From an uncultured delta proteobacterium (GTDB taxonomy: Bacteria > Myxococcota > Kuafuiibacteriia > Kuafuiibacteriales > Kuafuiibacteriaceae), in the NCBI GenBank assembly GCA_963803435.1, contig CAWDML010000002.1:32001-96000 (forward strand): a DNA stretch of 64,000 nt. The letters are read 5' to 3'. The notes below the pieces were generated by a model. It saw only the letters and a list, made by a program, of their open reading frames with translations, searched no databases and had not been told where the DNA came from. Positions 1 through 10,372 of the stretch are shown piece after piece; within the stretch, counting starts at the first letter, position 1; every line of letters begins with the position of its first letter. The position numbers and the translations under genes were made by a program.

Positions 1-2
1 TG

Positions 3-794
3 TTCGAAGAGCTCGCGACCTTGGACAGCTGGGACCAAGCCGACTTCCTGAGGAATGAGCTCGATGGCGACGAGGACGCCATCTCGGAGCTGCTCTGGGG
101 CGCGTTCTCTCGCGGCGAGCTCTCGACCGAAGGTGACACCTCGAGTCTCCTGGTCAGCTTCCCGAGCGCCTCGACCGTGGAGCAGGTCGTGCAGTTCTTC
201 GAGCGCGCGTCCCCCGCCCCTGACTGCGAGCTCGCGGAGCTGCTCAGGCGCGTGCCGGAGGGTTGGGAGCCGGAGGTCGCCGGCGCGATGGGAGCGGAGT
301 GGCTCGAGGACCTGGCCCAGACTCGCATGCTGATGCTGACGGATGAGCGCTTCTTCGCTGAGCGGCGTCGAGCCTTCTTCCCGCCGGCGTTCGATCAGGC
401 GTGCCTCGAATATGCCAAGCGGGACGACTCCCTCAACCTCGAAGCGATCCGCGCGATCAGCATCGATCCCACCGACCGCATTCGAGCGCTGGTGCGCTAC
501 ATCGGACCGAACCGCTTCGATGCGCTCGTCGAAGCTTGCGACGCGATGCCGAAGGAGGCGGCGATCGCGGCGCTCACGCCGGAGCTGGCGTCCAAGGTTC
601 CGCATCACCTTTTGAATGCGATCCACGCGCTCGGCACGCTCGGCTTCGAAGTGCCGTCCGACCGGCGCGACGCCGCCCTCGCGGGGATCACGACCTACAC
701 CCTCTTCGGCAAGTTCACGCGGCGCGACTTCGAAGTCCTGCAAAAACTGGGCGTGAACACCGCCGCCCTGAGCATCGGCGTCACCGCCGACTGA
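3..794 (+). CDS. hypothetical protein (5' end outside window)
   Basis: Frame is open from position 3 to TGA at 792-794 with GC3-rich codon usage; no family recognised. Confidence 0.6.
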   Translation, partial: FEELATLDSWDQADFLRNELDGDEDAISELLWGAFSRGELSTEGDTSSLLVSFPSASTVEQVVQFFERASPAPDCELAELLRRVPEGWEPEVAGAMGAEWLEDLAQTRMLMLTDERFFAERRRAFFPPAFDQACLEYAKRDDSLNLEAIRAISIDPTDRIRALVRYIGPNRFDALVEACDAMPKEAAIAALTPELASKVPHHLLNAIHALGTLGFEVPSDRRDAALAGITTYTLFGKFTRRDFEVLQKLGVNTAALSIGVTAD

Positions 795-1180
795 TGGCAC
801 GGTGCGCCGCTTCGATCGCAGCGACCGCCCGACTGGCTACCACCTCATCCGATCGCTCCCTCGCGCGCTGGGACTCGATACGCAGGCCCGCCGTTCGTGC
901 GAACTTCGTCGGCGCCGCCGATCACGGGATCCTGAGACCGCGCGGAAAGACCGCTGGCGGCAGGCGCGAAGTCGCGAAGTGCGCGCTCGCCTTCGAGCTC
1001 GACGCATCGGGCTCGAGCTTCATCGAGGGGAACGAGAGCGATCGGGGGCCATCCGTGGGCCGGCCAAAAGTTCCGCGCGACCGGGGTGTCACCCCCCTCT
1101 TTGCCGGATCACCCGCGAGCATGGGGGTCCGCGAACCAAGTGTCAGGCAGCAAGTCACGCGGGCGCGCTATCATCCGGGG

Positions 1181-1804
1181 ATGGTGAGCACGAAGCGCGC
1201 GTGGCGATACCTCGTCTTCCTCCCTCTGGGCGCGCTCCTCTGGCGTCTGACGCCGGCCGAGCGGCAGCTCGGCGACGGGGTCAAGGTGGTGCTGGTTCAC
1301 GTCTCCCTGGTCTGGGTCGGCGCCGCCCTGATGGCGGCGAGTGCGCTGACCGCGATCGCCGCGCTGCTCGGCGTCGCGCGGGCCGCCCGCTGGGCCCGCA
1401 TCTGCGGCGTGCTCGGCGTCGTGACCTACGGTTTGGGCGTCGGGATGAGCATGGTCGCGGCGCTGGTGAACTGGGGCGGGATCGCCTGGGCCGAGCCCCG
1501 GCTGCGCGCCAGCTTCCACTTCCTGGCGGCCGCTGTCATCGTCCACGCGCTGAGCGGCGTGCGCCCGAGGCTCCGCGAGGCGCTGCTCCTCGGCTTGGCG
1601 GCCTTCTTCGTGTGGACGCTCCTGGCGCCGGAGCTCCAGATGCACCCGGGCCGAGCGATCAAGAACGCCGAGGCGATCGGCATCAAGGTCGCCTTTGCAG
1701 GCTGGGTTGCGCTGATGGGCGCGCTGTCGCTGGTGGTGGCCCGCGACGTGGGCCCCGTGCTGGCCCCACGCGATCGCGACCAGCCTCGCCTGCCGCGAGG
1801 CTGA
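1181..1804 (+). CDS. CcmC/CcsA-like cytochrome c biogenesis (heme-handling) membrane protein
   Basis: About 6 hydrophobic segments; PAERQLG..KVVLVHV, a WWD-like motif NWGGIAWAEPRL and a downstream MHP His match the CcmC layout. Confidence 0.6.
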   Translation: MVSTKRAWRYLVFLPLGALLWRLTPAERQLGDGVKVVLVHVSLVWVGAALMAASALTAIAALLGVARAARWARICGVLGVVTYGLGVGMSMVAALVNWGGIAWAEPRLRASFHFLAAAVIVHALSGVRPRLREALLLGLAAFFVWTLLAPELQMHPGRAIKNAEAIGIKVAFAGWVALMGALSLVVARDVGPVLAPRDRDQPRLPRG

Positions 1805-1931
1805 CAGGACCGCGATCCCCGGCAGGCTTCACCACGTTCACCCAGGGATGCGCGGTCGCGTCGAGCCAACTCCGGTTGCCCGCTCGATCGAAAGGTGGTT
1901 GTTTGTCGAGGTTGCGTCGTAAGATGAGGGC

Positions 1932-2447
1932 TTGATCTTCGTCGGCAACAAGTACGAGGCCCGGGACAAGAGCGTCTTCGAGCTCGAGTTCCACTGCGAG
2001 ACCTGCCAGCTCGAGACGACCGGACGGGTGCTCGGAATCGGGGAGGGGGCCGCGGTCAGCCCGTACTTCCTCTCCAACTCGGACGCCGCCTTCGAGGCGC
2101 GGAGCCGCGCGCATCGGAACGCGGCGGACGAGGCCGCGCTCACCATCACGGTCGCGCACTGTCCGCGCTGTGGTGTGAGGAACCCGAGCGCCGTGCGTCG
2201 CTTCTTCGCAAAGGCCATCTTCTGGCCGACGCTCGCTCTGAGTGCGGGGCTCGGGACCGGCTGGTTCTTCGCGACGGCGGCCCGCGAGCCGCTGTTCTGG
2301 CTCGGGTTCAGCGCCATCGGAGCGGTGTTCGCGGGCCTCTCAATCCACCGCAGGCGCCGGAGCTGGATCGGCTCGTGGGAGCGCGTCGAGTTCCCGCGAA
2401 CAGGGCGGCGCCAGAGCGAACGCAGGAGCTCCACGCCGCCCAGTTAG
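1932..2447 (+). CDS. hypothetical membrane protein with Zn-ribbon-like CxxC pairs
   Basis: CETC and CPRC motifs followed by two TM helices; TTG start with GAGG upstream. Confidence 0.6.
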   Translation: MIFVGNKYEARDKSVFELEFHCETCQLETTGRVLGIGEGAAVSPYFLSNSDAAFEARSRAHRNAADEAALTITVAHCPRCGVRNPSAVRRFFAKAIFWPTLALSAGLGTGWFFATAAREPLFWLGFSAIGAVFAGLSIHRRRRSWIGSWERVEFPRTGRRQSERRSSTPPS

Positions 2448-2649
2448 GCCTCCTCAGCGGTGCGCGAAGGGACGGGCGCCCAGCGCCTGCACGTCCAGTC
2501 CTTGTCGCTCCATGGATAGTTGGTCTTGAGCAGCAGGAGAACCGGTGCGATCCGCTCGAAGTTGATCATTCCACGATGCAACCGCCCGGAAGTCGCCGGG
2601 TCTGAGGCGGTGAGCTGGCCGCGCTGACGTGCTACCGTCGCGACCCACC

Positions 2650-3684
2650 ATGGTATGGCCGATCGACGACAACAAGGTCCACGACGAGCTCCAGGCGAGC
2701 TTCTCTCACGTCATCAACGGCACGGCGCACGCGAACCACTACGCCGACTACGTGCGGGTGGGCGTGTTCCTCGGCAACAGCGGTCAGATCCGCTCCGCGC
2801 TCGCGATGCTCGAGGATCGCCTGGAGGAGAAGCTCCTGGGGCGGCTGAACTGGAAGGAGAAGCTCGGCAACTGGATCGCGCAGCGCAACGCGCCCGCGAT
2901 CAAGAGCAACGCGATCGGACACGCGCAGTCGCACTTCGGTGACTGGGACAAGCGGATCGATCAAAAGAAGCCCAAGAAGTACAAGGCCGCCTCCCACCTT
3001 CTCACCGACGTGCTGTGCGAGATCGAGGACGGCGCGAGCTTCGGCCTCTTCCAGGACGAGAACGGCCACCCGAAGGCGGAGATGATCCTGGCGCTGTCGG
3101 GCCCGCAGTTCCGGCAGCAGCTCAAGGAGGCCCGTCCGTTCAAGGACCCGACGGTCGGCCCCGACCACGGCGAGTTCACGCATCGCGTGCAGTGGGCGTT
3201 GCTGACGCTCTCGGGCGTGCTCCGGAATCCGGTGGCGCAGGTGTACCAGAAGATCGGCGAGATCGCGGACGAGCAGAACAAGTTCGGCCTCTGGGACGCG
3301 ATCTGCGACCGCATCCCCAAGGGCGCGACGGGCCTGCAGCCGAGCTTCACCTTCTGGAAGGAGGCCGACGTGGACTTCCGCTGTCCGGAGGCGCTCCTCA
3401 GCTGGCTCTGCAAGGACGAGCAGCAGAAGTCCTATCCGCTGCTCGCCGGCTTCCTGAAGGCCCGCAAGGAGAAGCGCTGGCACCAGTTCGAGAACGATCT
3501 GCTGGGGGAGAGCTACCTCGCGGCGAAGGTCTACAACTCCACCTACGACCGGCTCTCGGATCCGCAGAAGGACAAGATCGCGGAGTGGTTGACGGGCGGC
3601 CTGGTGGTCGACGATCAGGCCGCCGCCAAGCACGATCCCCACGGGCTCATGCGCCCGTCGGGCGGCGGCTACGACTTGGGCTGA
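2650..3684 (+). CDS. LirA/MavJ-like (DUF5636) protein
   Basis: 344-aa ORF with strong codon bias; FKDPTVGPDHGEFTHRVQW resembles the KD...HGxxxHxxQW signature recalled for the LirA/MavJ family. Confidence 0.6.
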   Translation: MVWPIDDNKVHDELQASFSHVINGTAHANHYADYVRVGVFLGNSGQIRSALAMLEDRLEEKLLGRLNWKEKLGNWIAQRNAPAIKSNAIGHAQSHFGDWDKRIDQKKPKKYKAASHLLTDVLCEIEDGASFGLFQDENGHPKAEMILALSGPQFRQQLKEARPFKDPTVGPDHGEFTHRVQWALLTLSGVLRNPVAQVYQKIGEIADEQNKFGLWDAICDRIPKGATGLQPSFTFWKEADVDFRCPEALLSWLCKDEQQKSYPLLAGFLKARKEKRWHQFENDLLGESYLAAKVYNSTYDRLSDPQKDKIAEWLTGGLVVDDQAAAKHDPHGLMRPSGGGYDLG

Positions 3685-4154
3685 GGCTTGAACGACGCCA
3701 TCGCCTCCTGCTGGCGCTTCTGCATCTGGTCCGGCGTCAGGTCCTCCTTGTGCGTGGCGATCGCCCAGGAGTGTCCGAAGGGGTCGCGGATCTTGCCGTA
3801 GCGATCGCCCCAGAACATGTCCGCGATCGGCATCGTGACGGTGGCGCCGGCCTTGGTCGCCTTCTCCCAGACCGCGTCGGCGTTCTCCACGTAGAGGTGG
3901 AGCGAGGAGGGGATCTGGGCGTCCGGCTTGGGCGCCGGTGAGCCGCCCATCTCGGGGAATGCGTCGCTCAGCATCAAGACCGAGTCGCCGATGCGCAGCT
4001 CGGCGTGCATGATCTTTCCGTCCGGGCCGGGCGCGCGGCTGATCTCCTTGGCCCCGAACGCCTTCTGATAGAACTCGATCGCCTTCTTCGCGTCGGAGAC
4101 CGTGATCACCGCGGTCAAGTTGTGGAACCCTTCCGGGATCGGTTTGGCAGTCAT
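3669..4154 (-). CDS. VOC/PhnB-family glyoxalase-like protein
   Basis: KPIPEGFH...AIEFYQKAFGA...IMHAELRIGDS...DMFWGDRYGKIRDPFGHSW; AAGGAG RBS upstream. Confidence 0.92.
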   Translation of the reverse strand: MTAKPIPEGFHNLTAVITVSDAKKAIEFYQKAFGAKEISRAPGPDGKIMHAELRIGDSVLMLSDAFPEMGGSPAPKPDAQIPSSLHLYVENADAVWEKATKAGATVTMPIADMFWGDRYGKIRDPFGHSWAIATHKEDLTPDQMQKRQQEAMASFKPQPKS

Positions 4155-4167
4155 GTGCATGCTCCTT

Positions 4168-4746
4168 CTATTGAATGACCGGCGTCTCCGCGGTCATCTC
4201 GTTCTTCGCGCGCGCCTCGGCCTTGGTCTTCAGCTTGGCGAGACCCTTGTCGAGCTCGGCGGCGAGTGGTTCTTTGATCATGAGCCCGAAGTAGCGGTAG
4301 AACGGGTTGTTGCCGTGATCGACGTCGTCGGTCCAGGTGACCTCGGTCTTCTCACCGCGCGCCTGGCACAGCAAGCTGCCTTTCAGGTGGAACGACTCGT
4401 CCATCAACAGCAGGTCGTACTCGATCCCCGTCTTCGGATCCGCCTTGGTGAGGGTGAGGCGACCCTCCCCGTCCGACTCGAACTGGTGCGTCGCGCCGAC
4501 GCCCTCCTTCGGTCCGGTGTAGCGGCTCTGCATGTCCGGATAGGCCTCCGGTGTCCACGGCGACCACTGCGTCCAGCCCTCCTCGAGGTTGGCGATCAAC
4601 GGGTAGATCGCCTCCGGTCGCGCCTCGATCGTGATCGAACGCGACACCAGCGCATGGGACGGGAGCAGGTAGCCGACCGCGGTCACCAGCACGAACAGCG
4701 ACACCAGGACGATGCCGGTGACCTTGAGGACCTTCTTCAGCTTCAT
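4168..4746 (-). CDS. SRPBCC (polyketide cyclase/dehydrase-like) protein with N-terminal TM
   Basis: LPSHALVSRSITIEA...WTQWSPW...GPKEGVGA...LDKGLAKLK; GGAGAGG RBS. Confidence 0.88.
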   Translation of the reverse strand: MKLKKVLKVTGIVLVSLFVLVTAVGYLLPSHALVSRSITIEARPEAIYPLIANLEEGWTQWSPWTPEAYPDMQSRYTGPKEGVGATHQFESDGEGRLTLTKADPKTGIEYDLLLMDESFHLKGSLLCQARGEKTEVTWTDDVDHGNNPFYRYFGLMIKEPLAAELDKGLAKLKTKAEARAKNEMTAETPVIQ

Positions 4747-4830
4747 GGGGTTGCCTCTCCTTCGGCCCAGAAGACACGGGCCGGAGCGGAACCCACCACA
4801 AATTTTTCGAAGCCGGAAGCGCGTCGGCAA

Positions 4831-7800
4831 TCAGGGCGCTGAGCCGCTCCGCCGCTTGAGGAGAGTCCACACCCGCCGGGCCAGCGGGAGCGCCTGCTCG
4901 GCCTCTTCCGGGCGCCCCGCCTTGTGGCACAGCTCCGCGGCGATCTCGAGAGTCCGGGCGACCTCCCCGTCGGCGGCGCCGGTCCGGTCCAGGAGCGCGC
5001 GGGTCTGGGACAGCTGGTCGGCACACTCGGGCCACCGCCCGGCGGCGGCGGCGTCGGCGGCGAGCGCAGCGTGGATGAAGCAGCGCGCCCGCACCTCGTC
5101 GATGGATTCGACGCTCGGCCGGACCACCATCAGCTCGCGATGGGCGGCCGCGTGATCGCCGGCCTCCAGGAACAACAGCGCGAGCGCGACCATCGCCGGG
5201 TGAACGTCGCTCGATCCGATCGCCCTGAGGATCTCGATCGCCTCCCGATATCCGCGCTCGGCGGTGGCCAGGTTCCCCCGCAGCCGCAGCAGATCCGAGA
5301 GCGCGGCCCGGGCACGGGCGTACGCATGCCGGTTGCCGGTCCGCTCAGCCAGCTCCAGCTCCTCCTGGTACAAGCGCCGCGCGCCCTCGCGATCCGCGCG
5401 CCAGTAGGCGGTGTTGCCCAGCCCGTGCAGCGAGGCGAGCAGGCCGATCCAGTCGCCATGGTCGCGGAGCACGTCGCGCGCGGCCGCGTACCGCCCCGCG
5501 GCCGTCTCCAGATCGCCGGAGACGTAGATCAGATCGGCGTCGGCCAGCTGGAGCAGCCCCAGCCCGAGCGCGTCCTCTCCGTCTGCGAGCAAGAGCTCCG
5601 CCTCCTCGAGCAGCGGGCGCGGCAGATAGCGATCGCCGAGCGCCCGCGCGATCGACGCGCGCTCCCTGAGCGCACCGGCCAGCGGCGCGTTCAGCTTGAA
5701 GTAACGCGCGTGATCTCGTGCTCGCTCGCTCCAGGTGGTCGCGTCTCGATACCGGCCCTGCATCGAGGCGATCCGCGCCCGGAGCACCCAGCACTCGGGC
5801 CACCGGGGATCGGCGTTGTCCCCGGCCAGCGAGGCCAGCGTCCGCTCATAGTCGTCGAGGAGCGCCTGCGCGCGGCCGTAGTCGCTGGCGATCCAGCGCT
5901 CGATCGCCGCCCAGTACAGCGGGAGCAGCGCCTCGGCGTAGCTGTGTCCCTCCAGGAAGTGCCGTCCGATCCGCTCGGAGATCCCGGATCGATCGACGCC
6001 GTGTCGCGCCGCCAGCATCTCCGCCGAGAGTCGATGGTGCGCCTCGTAGCGGCGTCGCTCCCGCGCGTGCTCCTCGAGGCTCTCCCGAAGCATGTTGTGG
6101 GCGAATCTCCACGACGGGCTCTCCTCCGAGTAGGCGAGCCGAACGTCGAGGAGCGCGGGGAGGAGCGCAGGAGGGATCGAGATCCCCGCCCGCGCGCACG
6201 CATCGGACCACTCGTCGGGATCAATCTCTCCGCCCAGGACTGCGGCGATCTCGAGGGCCACGATCGCCTCGGCGGGCTCGTCCTCGAGCAGCATCTCGAT
6301 GCGCCGCAGCCAGACCTCGCGCACGTCCTCGGGGAGCTCACCGGACTCGCCCTCCTTGAGCTTGAAGCCGGAGTCATCAATCTCGAGCACGCCGCGCTCG
6401 ACCCAGTCGTCGACCAGCTGGACCGCGAACAGGGGGTTGCCGGCCGTTCGGGCCGCCACCTCCGAGGCGAGCGCGTGCTGGAGCCCGAGCAGCTCGTGGA
6501 CCAGCGTCTGCTGATCGTCGAAGCCGAGGCCGGGGAGCGTGATGAGCGTGGCGCCGTTCAAGACCGAGAATCTCTTCCACCAGCGCCGCCTCCATCCGGT
6601 CGACCACGAGGTCGTCGCGGACCGTCGCTAGCACCAGCACGCGGCAGGGCTCCTCCTCGCGCGACTCGAGGAGCTGGCGGGCGTAGATCATCGCGTCCGC
6701 GCCCCACTGCACGTCGTCGAACCACACGATCACCGGGCGCTCTCTCGACGTGCGCGCCAGCAGGTGCTGCACCAGCGTGTGGCGCTCGATGGCGGTGGAG
6801 AACTGGAACGAGCCCGACTCCTCGCTCGGCTCGCTGCGCTTTCTCCTGACAATCAGCTCGGTGAGCGCGTTCCACTCGTATTCGTCGGTGACCCCCTGAA
6901 GGCGGAGCGCACGTTGTACCCGATCGCGGACGGCCTCGCGGTCGAGGTCCTCGACCCGCAGGAGCCGCGCCGCCATCTGCGCGATCGCCTCCGACGGCTC
7001 CCGCATGGGCCCGAAGAAGGCGCGCATCACGATCGCACCACCGACCTCGTCGGCCCGCTCGGACAGCCACTCCACCAGCCGGCTCTTGCCCGTACCGGCG
7101 GCGCCCTGGATCAGGACCACCTCGGCGCGATTCGAGTCGCGCACGCGCGTGAGCCGGCTCCACAGCAGATCGCGCTCGGCCTCCCGAGCGACCAGAGGGA
7201 CGCGGCGGATCCCGTACAGGCCGAGGCCGGCGCCGATCAGCTTGGGCGGCGGCGGCGGCCGCGGGGGCGTCCGCCACGAGAACGGCAGCGGAGGGAGCTC
7301 CCGGACCGACAGCGTCTTGGTGTGGCGGCCCTGGAAGGAGGCCTCCAGGGTCCCGGCGTCGGCGAGGTCCAGCGGGGCGCTCCACGGCAGCGTGGTCGTC
7401 GGGATCTCGGCCGAGGCCAGCGATGATCCGCGTGCGCGCGGATCGAGGGCCTCGCTCTTGATCCGGGCCAGCGCCCAGGCGGCGTCGGCAGCGCGCTGGA
7501 AGCGGTCGGCGGGATCCTTGGCCAGCAAGCGCAGCATCCACCCCTCGAACGCCGGCGGCATCGGGGTCTCCGGCTCGAAGGGCGGAGGTGCAGTGCGGAT
7601 GTGCTGGACGCCGATGGCGATCGTGTTGTCCGCGATGAACAGCGGCTTGCCGGTGGCGAACCAGAAGGCGAGGCATCCGACCGCATAGAGATCCGTCCAC
7701 GGTCCGAAGTCGCGCCACTCTCCGACGAACTGCTCCGGCGCCATGAACAGCGGCGTTCCTCCGGCGATACTCTCGTAGCGCATGCGGTCCTCGGGCTCGA

Positions 7801-8254
7801 GGGCGTGCGCGATGCCGAAGTCGGTGAGCTTGATCCCCGGGCGAAGGTCGTCGTCCGTGCTGACCAGGATGTTGGCCGGCTTGAGATCGCGATGGAGCAC
7901 GCCGCGCGCATGCGCGTGGGCGAGGGCGTCGAGCAGACCCAGGAGGATCCGAGCCAGCTCCGGCCACTCCAGCGTTCGTTTCAAACGATCGAGTGATCCC
8001 CAGCTCGCCAGCTCCATCGCGATGTAGGGGCTGCCGGCTGCGAGCGCGCCCCCGGAGGCCTCCTCCGCGTCCTCCGGAAGCTCGCCGTAGTCGAGCACCA
8101 TGATGATGGCGGGGTGATCGAGGCGCGCGACCGCCTGCACCTCGTTGCGGATGACCCGCCGCAGCAAGGGATCGCGCGCCCCGGCCTTGGTGATGACCTT
8201 GACGGCGACCGGGATCTGCTGCGCGACGTGCACCGCGCGCCAGACCTCGGCCAT
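4831..8254 (-). CDS. Ser/Thr protein kinase - AAA ATPase - TPR fusion (one frameshift at ~6570, probably a sequencing error)
   Basis: VAVK, HRDLKPAN, DFG, GTPLFMAPE, Walker A GAAGTGKS, FDDVQW, then GNPLF and TPR helices in ORF 4831..6561. The glycine loop IGQGG lies just upstream of the 8254 ATG, so the true start is ~8300-8329. Confidence 0.88.
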
Positions 8255-8329
8255 GCCGCCCTGGCCGATCCGCTCGATCAGCGCGAAGGGGCCGACCGGA
8301 ATGCTGGGGTGGGAGACGATGCGGGCATT

Positions 8330-9712
8330 CTACGCCAAGAGCGCCGCGATCGGGTCTGCCCGCAGGTAGCTGTAGTCGAGCCCGGCGGCCTTGAGCACCG
8401 TCGCCAGCACGTTCTTCGGCGAGAGCGCCACCACCTTGCCGGTGGAGAGCTGCTCGTCGGTCGGGTTCTGGATACCGCTGCCGGTCGCGAGCTCGGTCAT
8501 CAGCGGCAGCATGCCCACGTCGGCGCTCTTACCGATCGCGAGGCCGCGCTTGATCCCGGGGCCGAACACCATCGCCGAGTTCCCGAGGAAGTGATCCCGC
8601 CCCTGCAGGTTGTTGAACAGCGGCGTACGCGCGAACTCGCTGAACACGACGAACGTAGTCTGCTCGAACATGTTGCCGGAGGTCCCGTCGGTCGCCGGGG
8701 TGTTCTTCAGATCCGTCATCAGCGCCCCCAGCGCCCGCCAGCCCCGCTCCTGGGCGACCGGCTGGGCCGCCGCCCAGTTGCTGTGCGTGTCGAGCGCGGT
8801 GGCCACCCGGACCGAGACCGCCTGCGAGATGTTCTGCTTGAGCGCCTGCCCGGCCACGAACGACATCGTCTCCGGCGACGACGGATCGGCGGCGGCGCCG
8901 GTCATCCCATACAGATCACGCAGCGCGTTCATCTCCGGATCGGTCCGCTGCACGTTGAACACCTCGGAGAGCTGCGACTCGATGTAGTCGCGCGCCCGCT
9001 TCTGGCCGCGCAGGAGCCGGGTCGCCAGGCCGTCCCGATCGAGCTTCGCCGCGCCGCAGCCGGCGGGCTCGTTCTGGAAGGCCTGCACCGCGCCGAGCAC
9101 CGAGGGGTCGATCGCGACGAACGGCGTCAGCGCCACGATCAGGTCCGCCAGGCTGTTCACGCCCAGCGCCGAGGCGTACGGCGGCAGCCCGGTCGCGTAG
9201 GCCTCGACGGCCGCCGACAGGTTCGGGATCGGCACGTTGTCGCCGAGCTGCGCCACGATCTCGGCCGGCGTCGACGAGCCCACCGCCTGGATGCCGCGGG
9301 GAAAGCTGCCCGTGATGAAGTACCGCCGTCCGACCTCGTGCGACGCCGTGTCCATCCCGATCGCGTTCAGGATGTTCACGCTGCCGCCGTGGGCGGAGAC
9401 GAACTCGGGCGGCACGGCCGGGCCGAACTGGAGCGCTCCGCTCCGCTGGACCCCGCGGGCCTGATACTGCTGCGCGAGCTGGCCGTATCCGGGCTCGATC
9501 TGGTTGGTGTCGGGCCGGGTGGTGGCCGGGTCGCGCGGGTCGAGCCCGAGCAGGATGTCCCAGCCGCCGTCGAAGTACGCGAAGACGAACTTCTTCTTGT
9601 CGAGCCCCGAGACCTGCGCCAGCACCCGCTTGGGGAGCAGCCCGCCCAGGAGGAGGCCGCCCGCGCCGATCGCGGTCCCTTTGAGGAAGCTTCTACGGTT
9701 TGCGTCGAACAT
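8330..9712 (-). CDS. DUF1501-family Tat-exported protein
   Basis: Twin-arginine NRRSFLK; YFDGGWD, LDTH, VFSEFARTP and GRDH motifs. Confidence 0.88.
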   Translation of the reverse strand: MFDANRRSFLKGTAIGAGGLLLGGLLPKRVLAQVSGLDKKKFVFAYFDGGWDILLGLDPRDPATTRPDTNQIEPGYGQLAQQYQARGVQRSGALQFGPAVPPEFVSAHGGSVNILNAIGMDTASHEVGRRYFITGSFPRGIQAVGSSTPAEIVAQLGDNVPIPNLSAAVEAYATGLPPYASALGVNSLADLIVALTPFVAIDPSVLGAVQAFQNEPAGCGAAKLDRDGLATRLLRGQKRARDYIESQLSEVFNVQRTDPEMNALRDLYGMTGAAADPSSPETMSFVAGQALKQNISQAVSVRVATALDTHSNWAAAQPVAQERGWRALGALMTDLKNTPATDGTSGNMFEQTTFVVFSEFARTPLFNNLQGRDHFLGNSAMVFGPGIKRGLAIGKSADVGMLPLMTELATGSGIQNPTDEQLSTGKVVALSPKNVLATVLKAAGLDYSYLRADPIAALLA

Positions 9713-9730
9713 GGTTGATGGCCTCCGTGC

Positions 9731-10372
9731 TCAGTAAAGAAGGAACTCGGGCGAGGTGAAGACGGAGATGCAGACCGCCTCCCAGCCGCTCGCGTCGCCG
9801 TTCGGGCCGGCGCGGCCGGCGTCATACACGCGCGACAAGCGCTCGACGTAAGGATCGGCCTCCGCCCCCTCGATCCCGGTGAAGTGGAGGAGGATGTAGC
9901 GGAGGTTCTGATCCTCGTCCGAGTAGCGCGTGAGCACCCGCTCCTCCAGCGGGCGCTGCGGGTCGTACGCGATGGCCGCCTGGCAGACATAGGCGCCCAG
10001 GTCCATCATGAACTTCATGTACAGCGGCGTCGGCTCGAGCACCTCCTCGGTGATCGTCTTGTAGTCGGGCTCGCCGAGCGTGAGCGCCAGGTTCCGATCC
10101 AGGTCGAACTGACCCTCCTCGATGCCGATGATCTGCTCCACCGACCGCTCCATCTGCTCCACCGACATCCGGCGCGGGCCGCGGGACAGGACCTTCAGGT
10201 CGGCGATGTCCGGGTGATCCACCGGCATCGACGGGAGCACCGTGACGATCGCGGGCGCCTTGGGACGCTCGACCGGCGGCTCCACCAACCGATCGTTCGC
10301 CGGGCAACCGAACAGCGGGACCAAAGCGAGAGTGATGATGATCTTGCGGGCGTTCATGTTGGGGCTCCTCAC
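9731..10372 (-). CDS. lipoprotein associated with DUF1501/DUF1585 operons
   Basis: Lipobox LFGC; RRMSVEQ motif; C-terminal VCISVFTSPEFLLY. Confidence 0.75.
   Translation of the reverse strand: MRSPNMNARKIIITLALVPLFGCPANDRLVEPPVERPKAPAIVTVLPSMPVDHPDIADLKVLSRGPRRMSVEQMERSVEQIIGIEEGQFDLDRNLALTLGEPDYKTITEEVLEPTPLYMKFMMDLGAYVCQAAIAYDPQRPLEERVLTRYSDEDQNLRYILLHFTGIEGAEADPYVERLSRVYDAGRAGPNGDASGWEAVCISVFTSPEFLLY

Noticed and set aside
795-1180. Intergenic stretch with small hairpin GGGGTGTCACCCC
   Set aside because: No recognisable ncRNA, tRNA or repeat structure.
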